Shown here: one piece after another, positions 40,489 through 47,539 of the stretch | How positions within the stretch are numbered: position 1 is the stretch's first letter | Layout of the letters: the number at the start of each line of letters is the position of its first letter | IMG/VR virus record: IMGVR_UViG_3300033388_004609 | Span: 1 to 64,000 of that record | Length of the DNA: 64,000 nucleotides | Source of the DNA: a virus | Strand: one strand, 5' to 3' | Notes under the pieces: generated by a model | What the model was told of the DNA's origin: nothing | The model's input: only the letters and a program-made list of their open reading frames with translations | Database searches by the model: none | Made by a program: the position numbers and the translations under genes

Positions 40489-41082
40489 TTAGTACCATTT
40501 TTCTTTAAACTCTTTTCTTATTTGCTCCATTACATTACCACCGGCATACTTAGCAGTTTTTTCATTATGAATGACATAAGCACTACAACCAAGTGTCGGG
40601 GACATCATCTTAAAACTACAACAGGCTATAACATTTGTTTCTTTAATTATGAATTCTTCTTTGTTTAACATAAAATGTTTTTCTTGTAGCTTATCACACA
40701 TCTTAAGATAATGACTATATTTAATTGCAATCTTCTCTAGATCTTCTTTAGTTATATGTTTGTTAATACTAGACCAATCCGGATGCTTATCAATAAATTG
40801 GGTTGTTCTCCTCCATTCTTCATATATTTTCTCTCTATCATATGCTAATCTTACACGCTCATATTCCCGGTAATGTTTTTTATCTTCCACTTCCTGCTGG
40901 TGTCTTAATAGTGGGGTATCTTCTTCAAACGAAACGCGTTCTCCATTAACAATATAATTTTCGTCATCAATCTTTATGAGATCGTTTTTACTTTTCCAGG
41001 GGTTTCCCTTTTGGGTTCCTTTCTTATTGTATAAAAACCATACAAATAAGAATGTAAAAATTATTACTATTCCATATTCCAT
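40489..41082 (-). CDS. membrane-anchored hypothetical protein
   Basis: N-terminal TM helix. Confidence 0.55.
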   Translation of the reverse strand: MEYGIVIIFTFLFVWFLYNKKGTQKGNPWKSKNDLIKIDDENYIVNGERVSFEEDTPLLRHQQEVEDKKHYREYERVRLAYDREKIYEEWRRTTQFIDKHPDWSSINKHITKEDLEKIAIKYSHYLKMCDKLQEKHFMLNKEEFIIKETNVIACCSFKMMSPTLGCSAYVIHNEKTAKYAGGNVMEQIRKEFKEKWY

Positions 41083-41083
41083 A

Positions 41084-41311
41084 TTATTTTCCTTTCATAA
41101 TATCCCATTGATATAATTCATTTATCTCATTCTCTTCTGAAGGAGTAAGTAGTTTTGAAATTTCGCTGATAAATTCCTTATCTAATTCTTGTTGCTTGAA
41201 ATACATATAGGCTGCACTTGCAATATCTATCCCATAATCAGGGATTAATTCAAGGAATTCTTTTACTTCTTTTTCTGCTTTATTCATTACATAGTTTGTT
41301 AAATAAGACAT
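41084..41311 (-). CDS. hypothetical protein (start revised to ATG at 41311)
   Basis: Promoter 41333-41363 overlaps the longer predicted start. Confidence 0.55.
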   Translation of the reverse strand: MSYLTNYVMNKAEKEVKEFLELIPDYGIDIASAAYMYFKQQELDKEFISEISKLLTPSEENEINELYQWDIMKGK

Positions 41312-41332
41312 ACTAGCATTCGATAACTTTGT

Positions 41333-41363
41333 CAAAGATAACAAACTTTAATTAGAAACCAAA
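41333..41363 (-). promoter_or_regulatory. Bacteroidota promoter
   Basis: TTTG-N19-TATCTTTG. Confidence 0.7.
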
Positions 41364-41368
41364 TAAAA

Positions 41369-41397
41369 AGACAAACATACCGAGCGGCAGTTTGTTA
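41369..41397. promoter_or_regulatory. 29-bp palindromic site, copy 3
   Basis: AGACAAAC-ATACCGAGCGGCA-GTTTGTTA. Confidence 0.6.
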
Positions 41398-41829
41398 TTC
41401 GTACATGAATCGTACTTCATATCCGTCCACAAAACCAATATTTCTTGGCTTAAGATCATACGGACTATCTAATCCATATTGGCAATGAAACCCAATTACC
41501 TTTTTACCTTTCATCTTCATCATAATATTATAATCCGCAGGTTTACACCAGATCAATTGATTATCATCATCTATATATTCATATACCTTACGGAATTCTA
41601 ACTCCTTACCGCCAACAGTAAACGTAGTAGTTTTACATGATCCGAGATTCCCTATCTCTAAAAAATCTAACATAGAATATAAATGATTCGATACATGATG
41701 CTTTAAAGAATCTGCATCGACAAGGAACCATCTTATCCTCCCTTTTGTATCTGCCGGGAATAATACCGGTACGGTCATTGCTATCGCTACAGTAGTTATA
41801 CCGGCCTTAATAAATTTTCTTCTGTCCAT
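41395..41829 (-). CDS. hypothetical protein with twin-arginine-like signal
   Basis: MDRRKFIK followed by a hydrophobic segment. Confidence 0.55.
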   Translation of the reverse strand: MDRRKFIKAGITTVAIAMTVPVLFPADTKGRIRWFLVDADSLKHHVSNHLYSMLDFLEIGNLGSCKTTTFTVGGKELEFRKVYEYIDDDNQLIWCKPADYNIMMKMKGKKVIGFHCQYGLDSPYDLKPRNIGFVDGYEVRFMYE

Positions 41830-41837
41830 AACAATCT

Positions 41838-42053
41838 TTATTTTAAATTAATAATAGTATATCCATCCCGCATACTTTTATATAATCCAAAAAACATCCA
41901 GAAGCGATGCCACCTGGTTATTTTCCTATACGGATCAGAACCAATACTATACCGACCTGGTTTAGGTGCAACAAAATTAAATCTCCTGCGATTATTCTCA
42001 CCACGCAACAAATCCTCTTTGTAATTCTTCGGTGTCTCTAGTTTTTTATTCAT
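41838..42053 (-). CDS. hypothetical protein (start revised to ATG at 42053, possibly leaderless)
   Basis: ATG lies a few nt downstream of the -7 promoter element. Confidence 0.5.
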   Translation of the reverse strand: MNKKLETPKNYKEDLLRGENNRRRFNFVAPKPGRYSIGSDPYRKITRWHRFWMFFGLYKSMRDGYTIINLK

Positions 42054-42057
42054 ACCA

Positions 42058-42088
42058 CAAATATATAACAATATTCCAAATTAACAAA
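42058..42088 (-). promoter_or_regulatory. Bacteroidota promoter for left-arm transcription
   Basis: TTTG-N19-TATATTTG. Confidence 0.75.
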
Positions 42089-42110
42089 TTTACAAGGTGC
42101 TAGTTTGTCT
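42082..42110. promoter_or_regulatory. 29-bp palindromic site, copy 4 (between divergent promoters)
   Basis: TAACAAAT-TTACAAGGTGCTA-GTTTGTCT. Confidence 0.7.
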
Positions 42111-42121
42111 TTTATAAAATA

Positions 42122-42152
42122 ATTGCTTGTATCAAATATTTTATTATATTTG
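42122..42152 (+). promoter_or_regulatory. promoter of leader peptide/tRNA operon
   Basis: ATTG-N19-TATATTTG. Confidence 0.7.
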
Positions 42153-42159
42153 TACCGAT

Positions 42160-42240
42160 ATGAAAAAGAAACTACATACTCTCGTTTTATTACAGCCCCA
42201 TTTGCCACGTGGCCATAATAAGGAGAGGTATATGTTTTAA
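42160..42240 (+). CDS. attenuator leader peptide MKKKLHTLVLLQPHLPRGHNKERYMF (26 aa)
   Basis: ATG just after the promoter; 12 of codons 5-19 are Leu/His/Gln/Pro/Arg; overlaps the antiterminator arm. Confidence 0.75.
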   Translation: MKKKLHTLVLLQPHLPRGHNKERYMF

Positions 42241-42266
42241 ACAATATAAGATATTAATCAATTAAT

Positions 42267-42299
42267 GTGCCTCTGAATATTCAGGGGCATTTTTATTTT
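42267..42299 (+). terminator. attenuator terminator hairpin
   Basis: GTGCCTCTGA-ATAT-TCAGGGGCAT followed by TTTTATTTT, immediately before tRNA-Pro. Confidence 0.8.
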
Positions 42300-42300
42300 A

Positions 42301-42373
42301 CGGGAGTCTGGTGTAATCAGGTAGCATACCTGCCTTGGAAGCAGGAGGCGCAGTTCAAATCTGAGGTTCCCGA
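42301..42373 (+). tRNA. tRNA-Pro(UGG)
   Basis: Cloverleaf; anticodon arm CCTGC-CTTGGAA-GCAGG; C1-G72, A73. Confidence 0.85.
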
Positions 42374-42375
42374 CT

Positions 42376-42449
42376 GTGACTGATCCCGAAGTGGTCGAGG
42401 GGCCGGATTGTGATTCCGGTATCAGTGGGTTCGAGTCCCACCAGTCACC
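42376..42449 (+). tRNA. tRNA-His(GUG)
   Basis: GTGACTG/CAGTCAC acceptor; CCGGA-TTGTGAT-TCCGG; C73. Confidence 0.9.
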
Positions 42450-42453
42450 CATT

Positions 42454-42525
42454 GGCCTTGTGGTGTAATGAATAGCATGTAACGCTTCGAATGTTATGGT
42501 TCTGGTTTGAATCCCGCCAAGGCCT
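42454..42525 (+). tRNA. tRNA-Arg(UCG)
   Basis: GGCCTTG/CAAGGCC acceptor; TAACG-CTTCGAA-TGTTA; imperfect T-arm (TTTGAAT). Confidence 0.7.
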
Positions 42526-42532
42526 CTCTATT

Positions 42533-42606
42533 GTCCCTTTAGCCCAATTGGTAGAGGCATCAGGTTTAAGCCCTGTGTAGTCTGGGTTCGAATCCCAGAA
42601 GGGACA
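42533..42606 (+). tRNA. tRNA-Leu(UAA), short variable loop
   Basis: GTCCCTT/AAGGGAC acceptor; CAGG-TTTAAGC-CCTG; A73. Confidence 0.8.
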
Positions 42607-42612
42607 CACAAT

Positions 42613-42686
42613 GCTAAAGTGTGCTAACTGGCAAAGCAGCGATACTTAGAATATCGTGGATGTGAGTTCGAATCTCACCTTTAGCA
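42613..42686 (+). tRNA. tRNA-Leu(UAG), short variable loop
   Basis: GCTAAAG/CTTTAGC acceptor; CGATA-CTTAGAA-TATCG; A73. Confidence 0.85.
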
Positions 42687-42692
42687 CAAAAT

Positions 42693-42764
42693 TGTCCTTT
42701 AGTATAATGGTCAGTACACAAGGCTTTGATCCTTGAAATCCCGGTTCGAGTCCGGGAAGGACAT
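42693..42764 (+). tRNA. tRNA-Gln(UUG)
   Basis: TGTCCTT/AAGGACA acceptor (U1-A72); CAAGG-CTTTGAT-CCTTG. Confidence 0.9.
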
Positions 42765-42801
42765 CTATACCTATCTTAAATATAATATATAAACACTATT
42801 T

Positions 42802-42830
42802 TAACAAACTCTCCGAGTGTAAAGTTGTTA
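42802..42830. promoter_or_regulatory. 29-bp palindromic site, copy 5
   Basis: TAACAAAC-TCTCCGAGTGTAA-AGTTGTTA. Confidence 0.55.
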
Positions 42831-42833
42831 ATC

Positions 42834-42990
42834 ACCCACTATAAAAACACTCCCCACCCATAAAATTACATTAACGTCTCGGCCAAACAAACACCCACCC
42901 ACACAAATACCCCCACCCTTTACTGTAACCCCCGTAAACACCCCCACCCCCTTTACATTATACCCCCCAATACCCCCATACCTCATCCAA
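42834..42990. repeat. C-rich low-complexity tract (G-runs on minus strand)
   Basis: More than ten C3-C6 runs in ~150 bp. Confidence 0.85.
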
Positions 42991-43203
42991 CTAAAAATTC
43001 TGTGAGGGTACAGGATGTCGGGTACCACCTCATATGAACCCCTACACGGTTCGGCTCCGCCGGGATGGGCGGGTGGCAAATCGTTTTGGCTTGCAATTAT
43101 ATACTCATATTTAGAAAAAACTTTTATTGTGTACACTATATAATATATGGTGTGCAATTTTTATAATTACTTACTATTATTTATTAATTAAATTTAATTT
43201 GTT

Positions 43204-43608
43204 ATGACAGATCAAGAAATTAAAACAGCTATCAAAGAAATGAAAGCTAAAATTAAACACGCGGAAGACAATCCAAATGTATTGACAGGTGCGCCAACTA
43301 TTCCGGACGGTTCATATGTAGCAACCTTTGTATTGAATAAAGATGTGCCAACCTTTGAAGTAACACCATTACCAGGTACGAAATTTTCTAAATCATCTGT
43401 TGCAATGGACTTAACAGCGGTTGAGAGTGGAGATAAGTTACCCAAACAGGACGTTTCCTACAATACTACATTGAAAGAAATACTCTTAAATGCAAAGTAT
43501 TGGAACCAGAAATTCATGGTACATACTGAAGGGCGTATATCCTCAAAGAATAATCCTTATCAGGTTATTATCTTTGATGGTGTGCTAGAAACTGCCGGAG
43601 TTGAATAG
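43204..43608 (+). CDS. hypothetical protein, first gene of right arm
   Basis: Clean ORF followed by a strong terminator. Confidence 0.7.
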   Translation: MTDQEIKTAIKEMKAKIKHAEDNPNVLTGAPTIPDGSYVATFVLNKDVPTFEVTPLPGTKFSKSSVAMDLTAVESGDKLPKQDVSYNTTLKEILLNAKYWNQKFMVHTEGRISSKNNPYQVIIFDGVLETAGVE

Positions 43609-43627
43609 TAATCACAAATGACAAAAT

Positions 43628-43660
43628 AGGTAGGTGGTAAAACATCTACCTGTTTTTTTT
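43628..43660 (+). terminator. intrinsic terminator
   Basis: AGGTAGGTG-GTAAAA-CATCTACCT followed by T8. Confidence 0.8.
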
Positions 43661-43677
43661 AAAAAAATAAGTTAATC

Positions 43678-43708
43678 TTTGACTAAAGCACAAGCTAAAA
43701 TATGTTTG
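43678..43708 (+). promoter_or_regulatory. Bacteroidota promoter
   Basis: TTTG-N19-TATGTTTG. Confidence 0.65.
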
Positions 43709-43726
43709 TCTCCACGTACTGTAGAC

Positions 43727-43755
43727 TAACAAATTTACACGGCGCTAGTATGTCT
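43727..43755. promoter_or_regulatory. 29-bp palindromic site, copy 6
   Basis: TAACAAAT-TTACACGGCGCTA-GTATGTCT; three mismatches to copy 4. Confidence 0.7.
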
Positions 43756-44390
43756 TTTTTATTTTTCAATTTTTCATTAAAAAGGACTAAAGGAAAATAA
43801 GACAATTTTATTAAGTAATTAATAATCAACAATAAAACAAAATAAGCTACAAAATAACTACTTTACACCTATATATATAAGGCATAATTAAGGACAATTT
43901 ATCGTAGATAATCAACTATTTTTATTAGCTGATACCACTAAAAAGACTAATGGCAAAAGCTCGCAAACCCCTATGTTCACTGGTCTTTGCGCTAACTAAT
44001 ATATTGACTGCTGGCTTTTATTTTCTTATAGTATATATATTAGTATAAGTAGTAGTAGATAAGATTGATAACAATAATAATAGTGATTTTTCTATATTTT
44101 TATTGTTTGGTAAAGTAGAACATTTTATATTTTTTTACGAATATTTAAGAAAAAGTATAACTAATTCCGTTATTTGAGGGAGCAAAGATTTTAAGTCTAT
44201 CTTATAGTTATCAAACTAAATTATACAATTATGAAAACATTAATAATGATTACAAGGTACATTAACCGTCTTATAGACGATAATTGGAATACTGAACGTA
44301 AAAGAATATTAATTGAAAAACTATTAAAAAAACATCTGAACTCTTCCGAGAGTAGAACTTTTTATTATTAATCACTTAAACTAATCAATC

Positions 44391-44636
44391 ATGGAAACTT
44401 TATTATTAACTTTTGTATTAAGTAACACTTCACTCATCATCCTTGTAAGCATATTATGGTACGTTTTAGGACTACTTTATGTTTTCTTGGTAAAATACCA
44501 TAGCGATGGTATAATAAGCCTGTGTGATCTTGTATTAAGCCTATTAACAGCTTTTCTTGGTCCTCTTATCATTTTTATTTATTTAATGATTAAATACGAA
44601 TGGTTTGATAACATTATAATTTATAGAAAGAAATGA
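44391..44636 (+). CDS. small membrane protein
   Basis: Two TM helices. Confidence 0.55.
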   Translation: METLLLTFVLSNTSLIILVSILWYVLGLLYVFLVKYHSDGIISLCDLVLSLLTAFLGPLIIFIYLMIKYEWFDNIIIYRKK

Positions 44637-44908
44637 AACACACTAAAGGAGAATGGAAAATTGATAAAGGCATAAGTTATTATTTTGTGAAATCCGGAGA
44701 AAACCGTATTGCAATGATTGATAGTTTAGAAGGTTCTGCACTAATAGAATATAAAGCAAATGCAAAACTTATTGCTGCTGCTCCTGAATTATTAGAAGCT
44801 CTTAAAACAATTAAAGGAGCTTTTTATAGTGATGGGGAATCTTATAAAGAACAAGTAGATGACTTAAAAGCAATAGCAAATGAAGCAATCAAAAAAGCTA
44901 CACAATGA
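44633..44908 (+). CDS. common phage hypothetical protein
   Basis: MKHTKGEW...ANAKLIAAAPELLEALK. Confidence 0.7.
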   Translation: MKHTKGEWKIDKGISYYFVKSGENRIAMIDSLEGSALIEYKANAKLIAAAPELLEALKTIKGAFYSDGESYKEQVDDLKAIANEAIKKATQ

Positions 44909-45120
44909 AAATAACAACTAAAAATGAAATAAGGAAGTTTGCTACTAAACGTGGTGAAACATCACATTATAGCGGTAAGCTAAGAAAGTTTTTCTTCCGT
45001 AAATTCAGTAATCCATCAATGATTAATATTCCATTTAATCAAGTTCGCCACAAATCACATCTAAGTAAACAACAGCTCACACCAAGACAAGAGCTGGTTC
45101 GTAAAAGGAAAGGAAAATGA
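44905..45120 (+). CDS. basic hypothetical protein
   Basis: Coupled stop/start. Confidence 0.5.
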   Translation: MKITTKNEIRKFATKRGETSHYSGKLRKFFFRKFSNPSMINIPFNQVRHKSHLSKQQLTPRQELVRKRKGK

Positions 45121-45121
45121 A

Positions 45122-45343
45122 ATGTATCTTAAATTTATTAAATTTTTAAAAAGGCATGAAGCTTTTACGGAATTTAAAAAAAGTTGTAAAAAATATCATG
45201 GTCCTAGTAAAAAAACCGTGAAAGATATTTGTGATGAACGGTGGCCAAAATATTACCTTTTCCTTGCTTTCCCTTGGGCCAAGTCTAATAAAGGTTATAG
45301 TTTTTGGAGTAATTTAAATGAAAAATGGAAGAAATTATTATGA
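45122..45343 (+). CDS. hypothetical protein
   Basis: AF.W...G..FW..L...W motif. Confidence 0.55.
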   Translation: MYLKFIKFLKRHEAFTEFKKSCKKYHGPSKKTVKDICDERWPKYYLFLAFPWAKSNKGYSFWSNLNEKWKKLL

Positions 45344-45589
45344 GAAAAGCAATGGAATCTTGCGTATTAGCAGTTAATAAGTACCTAGAAGATAAAGTAG
45401 TGAAAATGACTGAGAGTGAACTCCTATCTAATATGCATCCCGAAGAAAGAGAATCATTTAATAATAGAATATATATTAATTCATTCAAAAAAACAGAAAG
45501 GATAAACCAATGAAAACAAAAAGCATTTACAAATGGATCTTTTTATTATATACAACATTTTTCTTAATAGCAACAGCTATAAGTATAGT

Positions 45590-45621
45590 TTTGCAAATAA
45601 TAAAATAATACTTTATCTTTA
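45590..45621 (+). promoter_or_regulatory. probable tmRNA promoter
   Basis: TTTG-N20-TATCTTTA, near consensus. Confidence 0.5.
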
Positions 45622-45632
45622 GCAAGGTAAAT

Positions 45633-45934
45633 GGGGCTGACAGGTTTTGATTTATTGTAGTAAGTAATTAATGCAAGCAGTGGTAAAACCCGGGAATCAC
45701 TTTAAACAACTCGGGGAATAAACAAAAGGCAATACCATAAGTACGCCTGTTGCAAATGAGCTTAAGTTAGCTGCATAGCAACCGGGAATGTTAAGATGCC
45801 TGGGAACAAAAAGAATTAACAGCTTTTTTGTTTTATTTTTTTCATAATTTTAGTTTAGGTGAATACTCATAAAGCTTGTAAACATTAGTTAAATACACAA
45901 TGAAAACAAAAGGGTTCGATTCCCTTCGGCTCCA
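45633..45934 (+). ncRNA. ssrA: tmRNA
   Basis: 5' GGGGCTG pairs with 3' CGGCTCC-A with G3:U Ala identity pair; T-arm GGGTTCGATTCCC; tag ORF 45728-45778 reads GNTISTPVANELKLAA*. Confidence 0.9.
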
Positions 45935-45976
45935 CTACATAAATTACCATTTAAATAATCACTTTATTAATTTTAT

Positions 45977-46008
45977 AAGAGAGTAGCAGTTCTGTTACTC
46001 TCTTTTTT
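45977..46008 (+). terminator. intrinsic terminator after tmRNA
   Basis: AAGAGAGTAGCAG/CTGTTACTCTCTT followed by a T-run. Confidence 0.8.
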
Positions 46009-46029
46009 ATCCACTAAACTATAAGTATT

Positions 46030-46293
46030 ATGAAAAAAACAATTAGATTATTTTGCTCGACCAAAGAGAAAGCAGAACAGAATTTGAAAAAACTCTCTCT
46101 TGGTCAACTACAAGCTATGATCGAGGATCAGAGTTTTGTAGATGTAATTACTTTTAATAGCGAAAAAGAATATCAAAATGCTAAATCTTCTTTAACTAAA
46201 AGGTATAATCTCACAAATGCTAAACAAGTCCTATTAGTTATAAACCATGCTCAGAGGACATTTAAGAAAGAACTGGAGGTATGTGATGTTTAA
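46030..46293 (+). CDS. hypothetical protein
   Basis: Co-oriented ORF. Confidence 0.55.
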   Translation: MKKTIRLFCSTKEKAEQNLKKLSLGQLQAMIEDQSFVDVITFNSEKEYQNAKSSLTKRYNLTNAKQVLLVINHAQRTFKKELEVCDV

Positions 46294-46510
46294 GGCAGGA
46301 TCAAAGACATTAACTGGATTTGAGGTCTTAGGACCTATCTATGGCTTTCAAGTAGTTAATGATGTAGACTATGAAGAATTCGTTAAAAAACCTTGGGAAA
46401 AGAACAAATTAAAGATTCTTAAGAACCGATACCAGAAACAATGTCGTGAAGAAGGTAAACAATACAAAGGGTTGTCAAATAAACACTTAGTAGCTAAAAT
46501 TAACTAAATT

Positions 46511-46927
46511 ATGAATAATAAAGAAAGAAGTATAGTTGCTTGCAAAAAACAAGCTAATAAATATCGCAATCCTAAAGTAGGTGATGAATTTTTCAACTGT
46601 GAAACTTGCTATATGTGTTTTGTACATCATTCTAAAAATAGACGTAGTTGTGCAGGTTGTCCTTTAGCCACCATAAATTATGGTAGTTTTGAATGTAAGA
46701 AATTTGCTACTTATGAAAAAGCATCAACAGCTCTTTTTAGAGCCAATGGCTTTTACATGGAACATGAACAAAAAATCACACACGAAACACCTATCAGTGA
46801 ATTATCCGAAGCTTTTGAGAAAAGAGCAAAATTTTATGATTGGCTTGGTATAGAACTTAAAAAATATCCATCTAAACAATTTACTAAAAAAGGATGGAAA
46901 GACTTTAATCTTGATATTAATTTGTAA
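46511..46927 (+). CDS. Cys-rich hypothetical protein
   Basis: CYMC...CAGCPL...C. Confidence 0.6.
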   Translation: MNNKERSIVACKKQANKYRNPKVGDEFFNCETCYMCFVHHSKNRRSCAGCPLATINYGSFECKKFATYEKASTALFRANGFYMEHEQKITHETPISELSEAFEKRAKFYDWLGIELKKYPSKQFTKKGWKDFNLDINL

Positions 46928-46945
46928 AAGAAAAATTTAATTTAT

Positions 46946-46976
46946 ACCCTTGGGAGATAATCCCAAGGGTTTTTTT
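46946..46976 (+). terminator. intrinsic terminator
   Basis: ACCCTTGGGA-GATAA-TCCCAAGGGT followed by T6. Confidence 0.8.
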
Positions 46977-46997
46977 AACTTTATATTATCGAAAAAA

Positions 46998-47258
46998 ATG
47001 AAAATAAATTATCAAACAATAATAGATTTAGGTTTTGAAAGAGAAGATATTAACGATTCTAATTTTTATGATCAATATGGATTTCAATACTTTGTTGTAA
47101 CTAAAAAACTAGACAAAAGACTTCATCTCGATTGGGATTGTAATACCGGAACTGTTACTATGATAAGATTGAATAAGGAACATTTTATAATAGGTAAAAT
47201 GCAAATGGAAACATTAGAGGATGTAAAACATATTATTGAATTTTTTAAAAATAATTAA
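46998..47258 (+). CDS. hypothetical protein (start revised to 46998)
   Basis: The longer predicted start lies inside the terminator. Confidence 0.55.
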   Translation: MKINYQTIIDLGFEREDINDSNFYDQYGFQYFVVTKKLDKRLHLDWDCNTGTVTMIRLNKEHFIIGKMQMETLEDVKHIIEFFKNN

Positions 47259-47260
47259 TT

Positions 47261-47533
47261 ATGAACAATAAAAAGAAAATACGAATTATTAAGCACGAAT
47301 TAATGGAACCTTACTTTATACAAGTAACTGAAAATTCCTACGATACATGTAAATTGGTTAATAGTAAAGAAGGCAAGGTATCTAAAGCATTATCTTTTCA
47401 TTCAAGCGTTACAACAGCTCTTAAAGACATAATAGACCGCAAAAGCAAAGAATTTGAAGGAGAAATTTACTTATCAGAGTATGTTAAGAAACTTGAGAAA
47501 TTAAATAATCAAATTTTAAATATTAATAACTAA
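47261..47533 (+). CDS. hypothetical protein
   Basis: Co-oriented ORF. Confidence 0.55.
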   Translation: MNNKKKIRIIKHELMEPYFIQVTENSYDTCKLVNSKEGKVSKALSFHSSVTTALKDIIDRKSKEFEGEIYLSEYVKKLEKLNNQILNINN

Positions 47534-47539
47534 AAAATC

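Noticed and set aside
41838-42053. Terminase nuclease fragment (YSIGSDPY)
   Set aside because: The match is a few residues in a 71-aa ORF; insufficient evidence.
42533-42686. Ochre or amber suppressor tRNAs
   Set aside because: The 7-nt loops centre on TAA and TAG, which are Leu anticodons; suppressors would need TTA or CTA.
42050-43157. ORF-track proteins 42050..42244(-), 42258..42452(-) and 42828..43157(-)
   Set aside because: They are antisense to the promoter, leader and tRNAs or derive from the low-complexity C-tract; probably spurious.
37184-43755. Integron attC sites or CRISPR repeats (TAAC...GTTA ends, some overlapping stop codons)
   Set aside because: Only 29 bp, no L boxes, mixed orientation, irregular kb-scale spacing, and no integrase or cas operon in the window.
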